DNA of 63,420 nucleotides, filler included, from Olpidium bornovanus S191 (GCA_017911155.1; 32 parts of 32 records of this genome joined end to end with filler, not necessarily neighbours in it), one strand, 5' to 3'; counted from the whole stretch's first letter, positions 12,530 to 24,694 are shown. Numbers and translations: made by a program. Notes: generated by a model from the sequence alone, not told the origin.

Positions 12530-12619
12530 GATTTGAAGATAAGACGAACATGCATACGGAAATTTACGTGCTTGGTGAAAACCTACTTCGTGCCCTTTTG
12601 ACCGTACCGGCAAAGAAAA

Positions 12620-13339
12620 TGATTTTCTGAGTGTCCCCAGACTTCAGCAAAGCCTTCATTGCCTTCAGCCGGTCTCCGGCCTTTTTTTTTTTTTTTTGCC
12701 GGGTGCAAAAAGGGGTGATTCGCGCGCGAAGAGTTTTTTTTTTTTTTTTTTTTGTTGCCGCAGCGTACACCGTCAGCGCAAAAATCAGGGTAGTTGGATC
12801 GACAAAAAAAAAAAAAAAACAGGACGACCAACGTCAAATGACAACCGCTCCCCCCCCCGCCCCGCGTCTTTCCCGTTTTTTTTTCTTTTACTCCCCCATT
12901 ACCTGCGTAAATTTTTTGCACGCCAGGTGGAAGGACCCCTGCTGCACGCACGCCTCCCCGACTTTGTGCAGGATCCGCACCCTCCTCTCCTCGCGCGCCT
13001 CGTCGCCAGGCGCCGCCGCACCCGCCCACTCCGTTTTTTCGAAAGTCAGGCTCTCCGCGATGTCCTCAGTGATGGGTATGTCCTTCTCTAGGCATATTTC
13101 CAGAGCCTTTTTCGTCGTATGCGCGGGGATCAAAAACGGTCAAGTCGACGAAAAGCAGAAAAAAATAAATACTCGTTGACCGTCCATATTTTTCTTCTGT
13201 GTGTGCGTGTGTATATATGTCTGTGTCGGTAAAAACAAAAAAAAATATTGCGGAAAGGCCTCCACCCCTTCACCTTTTCGTACTCCTGCGCGGTGATGAG
13301 CAGCCGGACCGTCTTGTCGAACTGTGCGTGCTTCATGAA
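12620..13339 (-). CDS. IFT140: Intraflagellar transport protein 140, internal TPR-region exons
   Basis: Spliced product AQEYEK|ALEICLEKDIPITEDIAESLT...GSFHLACKKFTQ|AGDRLKAMKALLKSGDTQKIIFFA matches the IFT140 C-terminal TPR region. Confidence 0.88.
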
Positions 13340-13439
13340 NNNNNNNNNNNNNNNNNNNNNNNNNNNNNNNNNNNNNNNNNNNNTTAATTAATTAANNNNN
13401 NNNNNNNNNNNNNNNNNNNNNNNNNNNNNNNNNNNNNNN

Positions 13440-13932
<493 letters not shown>

Positions 13933-14749
13933 TTTCAAAGTGCTGTTTCCTGCTTTATCCCGTGATGTTTTATTCTACGAAAGTGGTGCGGTTGTAGTGC
14001 GCTAGAAATCTTGAATCAAAAAAAGCACATTGCTTGGCGTACGCATGGCCCTTCAGCTTGGGCCACACGTGTGCTTGTTGACGCGTTAGGTTCTGCGTGG
14101 GGTTTGGACCGTTTCACATGATGTCAAGAGTTTCGAGAGAGCTGAGTGCAATCGACGGTTTTATCTCGAAACACGGCAATGGGATTCTGCTTAAAAACAA
14201 TTTTCTTCGTGATTGCGCGGTCGTCCGCCGGCTGGGGGCTTCTAGTAGAGCATGGTAGTTGCAACGGAGGAAACCCCCCAGCTTTTCCGGGCGATCTCTC
14301 CGCCAGGCAGAACAAACGCGCTGGGGCGACCTCACGCGAGGCCCGGGCTCGTCTCTCCGACTTTTCCCTGAGCAGGAGGACGGAGGTTGAGGGTCCTGTT
14401 CCACCTTGGGCATTCCTCCCAGGAGAAAACTCCTCTTCCTATCGCACGCCGGCTTCCCCGTAGCCGGAGACAACGGCTTTTTTTTTCCCCTGCCGTCACA
14501 ACCGTCCGGGCACGTGCACGCGTGCGGCGGTTTCCCCCTCCTGCCACTACGGCTCCGCTCGCCAACGCGCCCCGCCCCCTGCCCATCACCCCCCAACCAC
14601 ACGACGAGGTTGACGGCGCCGACGCCAACGACCTGCGGTGATCCCGCTGCGTGGTAGCGCCGGTCGCGCCCGGAACATCACCCTCCTAAACACGGGCGTA
14701 AGATTGATCAGCGTGTACTTTGAAACCTTCCCTTGAACGGTCGGCTTCT

Positions 14750-14751
<2 letters not shown>

Positions 14752-14787
<36 letters not shown>
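14752..14787. repeat. (CT)n microsatellite
   Basis: Directly visible. A similar (GA)n tract lies at ~34159-34212 and (GCT)n at ~43531-43556. Confidence 0.95.
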
Positions 14788-14789
<2 letters not shown>

Positions 14790-14844
14790 GTTCTCTCTTT
14801 CTCTATCTCCGCGGCCCGCGGTATCACGCACGTCGCACGGTCGG

Positions 14845-14895
<51 letters not shown>

Positions 14896-15228
14896 CCCCC
14901 ACAAAAANNNNNNNNNNNNNNNNNNNNNNNNNNNNNNNNNNNNNNNNNNNNTTAATTAATTAANNNNNNNNNNNNNNNNNNNNNNNNNNNNNNNNNNNNN
15001 NNNNNNNGCGGAAATGCCCCCCTCGACGGTTTTACTGGCGCGACGCGGATTCTTTGCGGAGTCTTGCCCAGCTGTGGAGCGCGACTAGTTGTCTCATATC
15101 AATGGACAAGATGCCTTTTTACCGCATGTCCATAGACGAAGGGAAATCGTACATGTTTGCACGAGGACCACATGCCGATAGAATGTGCTTCAGCAGGTTT
15201 GTCACATGTGGTGAGCAAACGTCACGAA

Positions 15229-15860
15229 CGTTAGGCAACCGTGCTCGAACGGCAGCCAGTACCTGCGCTCAAGCCAGCGTTCACTCTTGGTGATGTCACT
15301 GAGCCTTCCTTGAAAAAAGCATTTGAAGATGTAGACGTTCTGATCTGGTCGAATGGTAGAGATTGGGAAGCGCGCGCCTGCGAGTGTAGAATGAGGCGGA
15401 AGCAGTTGCAGGACCCCGGCCGCCGGTACAGACGCGGAGCCGTGGTCACGTGAAACATCCCAGACAGCGTCAGACCCTGCAGCGAGGGCTTGACTCGAAC
15501 AGCGGGCGCCTGGCGCAGGAACCAGAGCTCCTGCCCGCTTGTCCGCCAGCACCTACGTGCGTGGACTCCGGGTGGAACGGACAGGCGGGCGCCGAACGGG
15601 GAAGCGGCCGGCGAACCGCCGAGATGGGTTTCAAGATAGATGTAAAAGCGGGAGGAAGACGAATTTTCTGCCCCGACTTCCAGGTGGTACCACCTCCCTC
15701 CTGTGAGGCACATCTCTACGCCAGACCCGCTTACACCCGCACGCAGTACGGGCAATTTCCAATGGCCATTCTCATCGCTACTCCCGTAATGGCTCAAACC
15801 CTCGATTTGTGGTCCCAGGACGTCTTCTCGGCTCCGCGAGGCAGAGGAAACACCTGCCGG
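15229..15860 (+). CDS. Hypothetical protein fragment
   Basis: Protein-like segments FTLGDVTEPSLKKAFEDVDVLIWSNGRDWEARACEC and GFKIDVKAGGRRIFCPDFQV. No family recognised and exon structure unresolved. Confidence 0.3.
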
Positions 15861-16239
15861 GGGGAGGGGTGGGGGGGGGGGGAGGGGGGGGGGGGGGGGG
15901 GGGGGGAAGGTGGGTTTCGTCCGTGCGAGGGCGCAAATGGTCGCACAGCTGCTGCTTTGTGTTGTTTTGCCGCTTGCGCGCGTTTCGCCGCCTTTCTCCG
16001 CCGCTTCCCCCATCTCCACCTCCCCCACCCCCCGCTCCTTCCCGTCTTGGCCCCCCCACCCCGCCCCCTACCCGGACCGTACGCCCGCCGCGGCGCAGAG
16101 CGAGANNNNNNNNNNNNNNNNNNNNNNNNNNNNNNNNNNNNNNNNNNNNTTAATTAATTAANNNNNNNNNNNNNNNNNNNNNNNNNNNNNNNNNNNNNNN
16201 NNNNNGCCCCCCCCCGCGGCCCCCCCCCCCCCCCCCCCC

Positions 16240-16272
<33 letters not shown>

Positions 16273-16413
16273 AAGGGACCCGGGGGGCAAACCAAAAAAA
16301 AAAAAAAAAAAAAACAAGAAGACGACGAAAGACTGGCGTCGGCCCGCCCGGCGTCGACGTCGGCGGCCGCCAACAACGACAACGCGTTCTTCGCCCTCCC
16401 CAAACTCGCGACC

Positions 16414-16932
16414 ATGAACCTCGTCAAAGCCGCCGCGGCGAACGACCTGCTGTCCACTCGGCTGCTGCTGGAAAACGGCGCCGACGCGGAGGGGAAGTAT
16501 CCCTGGTCGTCGTGGTCGACCCCCTCGCCACTCTTTCCGGCCTCCTCGGGGGTTATCCCGGTCACGCCCTCGGACCCGTGGCCTAGGGTGCTCCCGCAGG
16601 ACGTGATCGACCACGTGCAGTACGAGGCCTCGCCGCTGCACGTGGCTGTCCTCGGCGGTCACTACGAGGTCGTCAGGCTGTTGGTGGAGGCGGGGGCGGA
16701 CATAATGGGGAAGGACGGGAGGGGAAGGTGGGTGGGCGTTGGTGTCTTACGCTTTTTTTCTTAAACTTCCTTCTCTCCTGTTTTGTGTTTTTTTTTGTTT
16801 TGTGGCATGGGAGCCAACATTTGTTGATCCGGCGCGCCGATATAATCAAGTATCTCCTTTTTACGTTCATCTAACGCGCGCAACCTTCTGGGTGCCCGTC
16901 TTCTCTTGTTCTCTGCGCTGCTACCCTTTCTT

Positions 16933-16969
<37 letters not shown>

Positions 16970-17740
16970 CCTTCACCCCCATCTCTACTTTCCGAGGCTA
17001 CTCCGCTAAACGCACCATTTCTCCCTGCCGCTTCTCTTCTCTTCTCGCACTCCATATTTTCGCCACAAGAACACCGATAACTTGCGCAATATACGGCTTG
17101 GATACCCTCAATATCACTGCCGCAAACCTCCCGTACATCTCACAGTGCCACCCTTCGCACGTCGCCATCGTTCGCTACCTGGTGCGTCAGCCCGGCCTGC
17201 GAAGGTGCCTCCCAAGAACACAGACCGGCGGAACGGACACGTCGCCGTCTCCGTACGGGACTGCCGCCTCTCCAAAGGGCTCCCAACGACGGCTGGGAAT
17301 GCTGGACGAGCCCACGTCTCAGCGCCGCCCCATCGACCGTCCTCAAGAGGAAATCAACGGTATCACCCCGCTCTGCCTGGCGGCTTATCTCGGTAAGGAC
17401 GTCATCGTGAACGCGCTGCTCAAGGACGGTTCCGCTTCCGTGGATGCGCGCGACAAGAACGGTGCGACCGCCCTTATGTATGCCGGTACGTGCGGGGGTA
17501 ATTATTCTCCGATGCCGGGTGCATGTCTAATGCTGTCTCGATGCTGATACAACCCGCGTGGCACACCCCATGTTGCAGCGAGGGACGGCCACGTTCAGGT
17601 TGTGGAAGCGTTGCTGTTTCATGGGGCGCTGCCAGATGCAACGGACGACAATGGCTGGACGGCGATACAGTACGGCCAGATGTACCGCCACATTGTCCGT
17701 TCGTTTGAGGGAAACCTTCGGGTACGCCGGGTCGCGGCTA
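16414..17740 (+). CDS. Ankyrin-repeat protein, spliced, partial
   Basis: SPLHVAVLGGHYEVVRLLVEAGAD, G|RTPITCA, ITPLCLAAYLGKDVIVNALL, GATALMYA|ARDGHVQVVEALLFHGA. Confidence 0.88.
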
Positions 17741-17840
17741 NNNNNNNNNNNNNNNNNNNNNNNNNNNNNNNNNNNNNNNNNNNNTTAATTAATTAANNNN
17801 NNNNNNNNNNNNNNNNNNNNNNNNNNNNNNNNNNNNNNNN

Positions 17841-19505
17841 CATGCCGCGCTTGATCCGCGGGATGACCTCGGTGTTCGACTTTGCCAGTATCGGGTCCGC
17901 GGTGGTGACGAACGGACTGGGGAGGATAGGCTTAAACAGGGAGCTGGTGGGCGTTCTTGCGGGCGGAGGCTGCGGCGGGACAACCAAGCCGGAAGGCGTC
18001 GTGGCGGAAGCGAGGCGAAGGGCGGACGGCGGGAAGGCCGCCACCGCGATGGACACGGTGAGATCCGGTCTCGGCCTCGGGTTGAGGTCTGTTTCGCAAA
18101 ACCTCGGTCCGGGTGCGCAATGGCGCCGGTGAATCCGCGCGACGATTTCGAGGTAATCCGGCTCGTTCGCGGGGTGGATGTATCCGTGGCGGATGAAGAA
18201 GTCTATCACCGCCACGGCGGCAGCGGGAACAAAGTCGCCCTTCCGCACGTGATCGATGACGGTGTGGAAATCGAGGAGGAGAAAACCGTCCACGTTACCG
18301 TCCACGGACGTCGGCAGGAAGGAGCAATCCAGCTCCAGGTCATATACATACTCGGTGCTGGGTGTCCAGCCGCGCTCCTCGTTCTGAGCGAAGAACGTCA
18401 CGGCGCCTGAGGGGACGGCCTTCCGCGCCACTCTCTCCGGTATCGAGGCCTCTTTCACGCACTTCGTTTTCAGGTTGTCATAGGGCAGCACGCCGGCCGT
18501 GAGGTCGCCCGCGGCCAGGTTGTCCAGCATTCCCGAATGCACCGGCCGGGACACGCTGCGGAGAGATATCCACAACTTGATCTCGCCGGACTCCAGCCGC
18601 ATGTACCCGTTGAGACGGCAACCATACGACCGGAACCCCAGAATGCCGGCGGCCGAGCACTCGCACAGGAGCAGAGGTTTCTTGTGGACGGCCGCGCCGG
18701 AGTGCTCATTGCTCGCGCTCGAGCCGCTTTCCGGGCGTTGGCCGCCGCCCGCCGCGTCGCCCGTCGGCGCCGCCGGGCTCGCGGCCGGCCGGCTGTCGCC
18801 GGCCCCTGCCGCCGCGGCGCCGCGGTCGAGGAACCCGGCCCCGCCGTCCTCGGCGCCGTACACCGCGTAGACCTCGTCCCGCCACCCTTTCAGGCACGGG
18901 TACTTGTCCTTGGACCGGAGCTGCCGGAAAAACGCGTCGACGGCGGCGGTCCGGAGCTCCGGGGTGTCCAGGCCGGCCGCAAAGCGCACGGCGTCCGGCC
19001 GAACCTCGAACGTCGCGGGGTGGCCCTTGACGTCTTCGAGCACGCGCGGGCTGACGAACCCGACCAGCGTGTCCCGCTCGCCGACGCGCAGCGGCAACCC
19101 CCTGTCCTCGGACGGGGAGACCAGGATCTGACGCTCCAGCTCCTGCGGGAACGAGTCCGCCAGCCGCACGATGTACAGGAGCGAGCTGGGCTTCCGCCGC
19201 CGGTCGAGCAGCGTGGGCTGCTGCGCTTGCGGTGGAACCGGCAGTGCAGCGCCGCCGGCGCCGTTCGGCGGCTCACGTTTGGCAAGGCAGCCGCTGCTGC
19301 CGCCTGCGGCAGGGGTGTTAGCGACGGTGGCGACGGTGGCGGCGGTGGTGGCGGGAGCGGGGGCGGCGGAAGTGGCGGCAGAGGTGGTGGCGGTGGAAGT
19401 GCTGCTGCTGGGCGGCAGCTCCGGCTGGGCGAGGCGGCCGTTGGCGGGAGGGAGCGGCGGCGGCGGCGGCGGCGGCGGCGGCTCGGCGGCCTTTGGATCC
19501 ACCAT
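17841..19505 (-). CDS. Nudix hydrolase of the YJR142W/DUF4743 (thiamine pyrophosphokinase-associated) family, degenerate Nudix box
   Basis: Single intact ORF with LKGWRDEVYAVY, SAAGILGFRSYGCRLNGY, GMLDNLAAG, YVYDLEL, DGNVDGF, DFFIRHGYI. Confidence 0.85.
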
Positions 19506-19913
19506 CTCTTTCTCTCTAAAACTCTCTTTCACGATCTCTCTCTCTCCCCCTTTTCACAGCGCGTGCGCGCGGGGGAGAGGAAACCGGAAAAAGGCGACGA
19601 GGGCACAAGGGATCAAAACAAGGGAACAGAGGTTGCGGGGAAGAGACGACAGGAGCGACGGGGCGGGGGCGGAGAGGCAATTCGTCCGCAGGCCAAGGCT
19701 CTCTGGCATCGGCGCTTTGCTCCCTCCGCCCTCTCCGTTTCTCCAGCGGCCGTGCGGTGCTCTTTGCGGGGGGCGCCCGCGCGCGGGCGGATGGCGAGCG
19801 AAGAGGACGAAAACGGCGACCGCGAAACGAGCAACCGCGGCGAAAAAACGCCCGCGCGTACCCGCCGCCTCTTCCCTCACCCCCCCCCCCCCCCCCCCCC
19901 CCCCCCAAAAAAA

Positions 19914-19965
<52 letters not shown>

Positions 19966-20082
19966 NNNNNNNNNNNNNNNNNNNNNNNNNNNNNNNNNNN
20001 NNNNNNNNNTTAATTAATTAANNNNNNNNNNNNNNNNNNNNNNNNNNNNNNNNNNNNNNNNNNNNATATCCAGTGTCGCTTT

Positions 20083-21087
20083 TTGGTGGACGAGGTCTCG
20101 GCCCCCTCCCCCGACGCCGAACTCCCAGACGAATACGTCCCTCCGGTCCTTGGGCGCGCCCGTTCCTGCTGGTTTCCCTCATCCCGCTTGACCGCCTCCT
20201 CCTATAACGTCATACTCGAGTGGGCGCGCTGTCGAGAATCCTTCCCAGCACTAACGTCACGGATCGCTGACGACCAAGTGCGCACGCGGAGCTTCCTCTT
20301 CGCTGACCTTTGGCAAAACGATACAGGGAATGAAAGTGACAGCGGCGAAGGTGGAGGTCGCAACTCGGCTAATCCCAGAGAAGGCGATGACGGCGATCAA
20401 CCTCCTCTGGCTCGTCGCTGCCGTCTTACCCGGTCTTCTGCCGCGTCGGCTGCTCCTTCCGTGTCAGTTTCTGCCCTCGCGCCGCCGTTTGGTTCCTCGG
20501 TCGCTACCCCTGATAATCCGTCCTCCGCTGGACGCATGACCCGCTCTCGCACTGCGGCGGCTTCAACGTCAACGGTTGTTGCATCTAGTTCTGCGTCAGT
20601 TGCACAACCCCGGCAACCCGCTGCCTCCGTTCCGGCAACGGTAGGTACCTCCAGCTCTGGATCCTCCCAACCGTCGGTAGCTCGAGCACCAGCCAGCTCG
20701 TCGTTCAGCGCGGCTCCCGGCAGAATGTCTGCATCTAGAACCGGCGTGACGGTTCCGGCAACGACTTCGCTTCCGGCTGCGCCCTCAACCACACTGCTCG
20801 ATCCTGCCACCGGCAGTTCGCTGCTTGTCCCGCCCACTCCCAGGCACTTCCCATCTTCCGCGAGGGAAGATCCTCCCACTAGTTCGTGGATGCCGTCCTC
20901 TTCCCTTGCATACGACGGTTCTCCCGTCACATGGAATATCAGGGCCCAAATCAGGAATTCGAACCGGCAGTTTTGGATCACATTCTCCCAGTGTTATCAT
21001 TTCCCTTTATTTTCCCGAAGCAGCTCGGAACGCGGGGTCTCGTTCCTTTTTGATCCTGTTCCACGGAGGCCAGAGCGCTGGAGCGCC
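20083..21087 (+). CDS. Unidentified open frame with Ser/Ala/Thr-rich centre, possibly a transposon ORF
   Basis: About 1 kb open frame with no obvious introns, two aromatic-rich globular ends and a low-complexity linker. No motif recognised. Confidence 0.35.
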
Positions 21088-21564
21088 NNNNNNNNNNNNN
21101 NNNNNNNNNNNNNNNNNNNNNNNNNNNNNNNTTAATTAATTAANNNNNNNNNNNNNNNNNNNNNNNNNNNNNNNNNNNNNNNNNNNNCATGCATTACACG
21201 TAGAGAGTTGAGGCATCAGTTTCAGTGCTAAAGGCTATGTCATTCCAGAAGTAAAAGTACGGATTTGGATGCAGACCCCTGTCCAGAGCGCACACCGGCC
21301 TCAAACTACGGGTCAAGCCAATCGAGGACTGGGTAAGCGGGGTCGTCTATTTCCCCGTAAGCACAGAATCGGCTGCCGGGGCGACGTCCAGCCCGCAACA
21401 CTCACCGACGGATGATGTTCGTCTGCCAGGGTGTCACGTCGCAATCCTCCGCTCTCCAGAAGCTTTCGGCGCCCGCCGCAATGGGGGGGGGGGGGGGGGG
21501 GAAAAAAAAAAAAGATTCGCCGCCGTCTCTCCGGCAGCACCCGCCCCGGCGTTGCTCGTCGCAC

Positions 21565-22119
21565 TCAAGCGGCGGCCTCGTCGGCGGGCGCGACTTTCTC
21601 CTTCCGCTTCCTGTCTTTCCTCCTTTGCCTCCGGTGTCCCATCCCGTTAGACAGCCACCTCTCCGCCCGCTCCTTTTCCGTCCTCCACGCGGCGTCGCCC
21701 GCGGCTCCTCCTCCCCCGGCGCCGCAGGCGGCCACCCATTCTTCCATGGCCGCCCGCCACGCGCCCTCGTCGCGTGCCCGCTCGGCGAGCTCCGCAGCGA
21801 GGCGAAACTCGGGAAACGCCGACGCGGCGCCGCCGGCACCGCCGCCCGAGCGCAGGAGGAGCGAGGCGAGGCGGAGGTGGCTGGCGGACCGCAGGGAAAG
21901 GAGGTCTCGCTGGGAGGACGAGGACGACGACGGCAGCAAGGACACCGGCAGGTTGTCGAGAAGGGAGCACGCGCGGGCGACCAACCCTGCGGACTGCGCG
22001 CCGCTTCCCGCAAACTCGAGCGCGGCCGCCAGACGCAACAGGCTGTTCAGGCGCGCAGTCGCCTCGTCGTCCAGAGGCGGCGTTCGCACCGACGACGGGT
22101 AAACTGGACGTTCGTTCAT
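21565..22119 (-). CDS. Hypothetical helical (TPR-like) protein
   Basis: ATG at 22119, amphipathic helices (ARLNSLLRLAAALEF; SHLRLASLLLR), and a GTCACGTGAC element about 125 bp upstream. Confidence 0.4.
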   Translation of the reverse strand: MNERPVYPSSVRTPPLDDEATARLNSLLRLAAALEFAGSGAQSAGLVARACSLLDNLPVSLLPSSSSSSQRDLLSLRSASHLRLASLLLRSGGGAGGAASAFPEFRLAAELAERARDEGAWRAAMEEWVAACGAGGGGAAGDAAWRTEKERAERWLSNGMGHRRQRRKDRKRKEKVAPADEAAA

Positions 22120-22243
22120 ATCCACACACGACTGCGTTTCGGCGTGCACAGGCGGCAAATTTCTTTTTGCGTTTTCCTTTGATGGGGAAAGAGGGGGCCG
22201 GCCCTTGAGAGGCACGTTTGCGTCACTACTTCTGCACACAGCG

Positions 22244-22253
22244 GTCACGTGAC
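22244..22253. promoter_or_regulatory. GTCACGTGAC palindromic E-box (Cbf1/USF/TFEB-type bHLH site)
   Basis: About 125 bp upstream of ATG 22119. The same 10-mer occurs at 11911-11920, and GTCACGTG at 41443-41450 and 30573-30580, each upstream of a predicted start. Confidence 0.5.
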
Positions 22254-22258
22254 CACCA

Positions 22259-23960
22259 CTACTTGTCGCCAGGGGCGTCGGGTCTTGCGTCGTTCTCAAA
22301 AAAGATCAGTGGTTCTTATATAGAGATCAGAACGGCCTCCCAGAACACGCCGGCGACGGGGTTCCCCGAGAAACCAGCCGGGTTTGAACAATACGCCCCA
22401 AGATCTGCTTTTCTTCATCCTTTCTGGGGTACAGCGGCGGCAGCGGAGCTCTCGCGTTCGTACCACTTCTCTCGCGGCGCGGAGGTCGTCGGATACTTGC
22501 GCTGCGGAAAGTGACGAACGACAGAGAGTCGACTCGGTTGAGCGGAAGGGTAAAGAGAGGTATTCTTCCGGTGCAAAACCCCCGAATCAACTGCCTAACG
22601 ACGGCGTCGGTAACTTACCACCGCCGCCGCGATGTAGTTCGGGTGGTGGTTGCCGTTCACGCGCAGCCACCTTAGAAACGGCTTGTTCCAGTCGTCCACT
22701 TTTGCCGGCGCCTTCCTGCTCCAAGTGATGCCGCCTGCGGAGAGCTCCGGGTAGCGCCACGACGTCCGGCCTCCGCGCGTGGAGCGACCGGCCGTGCACG
22801 CCTTGCTGTCCGGGACAAGGGCGGTCCGCCCGGTGTGCGCGCTGTTGAGTGCCGACCGGACCCACAGGTTGTTGTGGTCGGCCTCCACCTCGGCGTCTCC
22901 CGTCTTAGGCCGCGATTCCTCCGTCTCAGAGGCTGCAATGACCGACGTTAAAGCCTCATCCCGCTTCGCTCGGCGGCCGTACAGGTCCCTGAACACGTCG
23001 ATCTGGTCGAGTGTCGGGAACAGCCCTAGCCGGTCCACGTCTTGCAACGTTCGGACCACGCACGGCTGCGTGAAAGCGCCTTCTAACGCTGTGGCGGCCG
23101 CAGTCGGCTGCAAGTTGCGGATGAGGATCAGCATCCGTAGCACTTCGAAGCAGCTTGCGCGCTTGTTGGCGGGCTCTTCCGGCTCAGGCGCTTCCTCGCC
23201 GTCGGCACCGTTTCCCTCCAGCCCGATGCGGACGCTTTTCCGCCGTCTGGCTCTCTCGAGCTTGCTGCTGCTGCCGATATTCTGCCGCCGCCTGCTCTCC
23301 GCGCGTTTGTGCCAGGTCCGCGGGTCGGAGTGGAAGTACGTCCGCGGCATGCTTAACAATTCTTTCAGCGAGTGCGGGTCCAGCCGAAAGTGGCATGGGA
23401 GCGCGTAGCATTCCATCCACAGCCGGTCCGGGTACGTTGCTTTTGAAGTGAGCAACCTGCACTTGTGGGGATACAGTTGCATTACTCTGCGGTCGGGTCA
23501 TGCCGCGATGGTAGCGGAATGAAGTTCCGCAAAAACCTTTAAAAAAGGTCCAGCCTACACTCGAGTATCGCCACGCGAATTTCAGCGGCGTAAAGAATAT
23601 GCCTCACCGCGAGATTTCCTGGATGAGGTCAGGCATTCCAGCGTAACACAAGCCTTCTAGGTAATACACCCCGCCTTCCTTGTCGTACAGATGAATGCCA
23701 GTAATCAAGTCCTGCGGTTAATTGTGAAACAAAGTTCCGGCGGGACAATACGATACCTGACATAAGTTTGACGACCAAAATGACAAAAATCGAATACGAT
23801 GATAAGATCCGGACGATGACGACTAAGCGTACACCCGGGCCTCACCAGCTCCCTCTCGGATCTTTGATCTGGGGACAACCGGTACGATGTCATACAGCTG
23901 ACTACTTCTGGGTCATCAGGATCGCCGAATACTTCCAAGCACTCGCTGTTGACTTCCATG
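22259..23960 (-). CDS. CFAP92/KIAA1257-like ciliary protein, C-terminal part, spliced
   Basis: DLITGIHLYDKEGGVYYLEGL, KCRLLTSKATYPDRLW..HFRL, CFEVLRMLILIRNL..TLQDVDRLGLFPTLDQIDVFRDLYG resemble my recollection of the CFAP92 C-terminus, in the same order. Confidence 0.6.
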
Positions 23961-24125
23961 NNNNNNNNNNNNNNNNNNNNNNNNNNNNNNNNNNNNNNNN
24001 NNNNTTAATTAATTAANNNNNNNNNNNNNNNNNNNNNNNNNNNNNNNNNNNNNNNNNNNNCATGGTTTTCAGATTGCTCAATTAATTACAGGGGCTAAAA
24101 TCACTCAAACTTAACCGCTTGTCAG

Positions 24126-24694
24126 GAAAGAGCCGCACAAAGGGAGCGAATGTTTTCCAGGGACTTCCCGTCGTGGTCTTCTAAGCTAAACTTCCTGGCC
24201 TTTGCTAAGAGGCTCGTTGTCGCCCTACTCTCTCGCGGGCTGGACGCTCTCAAGGTGGTCCTCCCGACGTCCGTTTTCTTCTTTAGGTTTTTTGAGTGGT
24301 GGTACGCCTCCAAGTTCAACACGGCTGCCGAGCAGCAGCCGATACCGCCTCCCCCTGAAAGCCTGAAGGTGCTCGGAGTGTCGGCTTTCCGGTTTTTCCT
24401 GGAAAATTATGTCTCCAGGGGTGGGCGATTCACCACATGTTAACATTTACTTTCTCTTGTCTTATGGTACGCCACGACGGTCAGCCCCATCCGGATGGCG
24501 TGCCCCTGCCGGACGATCGGATTATCTGTCCATTGTGCCTGCGGAGGCGGACGAACGCGACCGCCGCTTCCTCAGGCTACGTGTTCTGCTACCCCTGCAT
24601 ATACCGTCATGTCAACGTCTACGGCGAGTGTCCGGTAACGAAGCTTCATTGCGACACCGAAGGGTTAAGAAAAATTTATGCCATTGCCGTGTGA
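24126..24694 (+). CDS. PEX12: Peroxin-12, C-terminal RING region, spliced
   Basis: LDALKVVLPTSVFFFRFFEWWY, PIPPPP, CPLCLRRRTNATAASSGYVFCYPCI..CPVT, LRKIY. Confidence 0.92.

Noticed and set aside
18537-20021. Long Arg/Gly/Pro-rich ORFs such as 18537-20021 (+), 4374-5318 (+) and 6199-7083 (+)
   Set aside because: They are antisense or off-frame shadows of real genes or of GC-rich repeats, as expected at this GC content.
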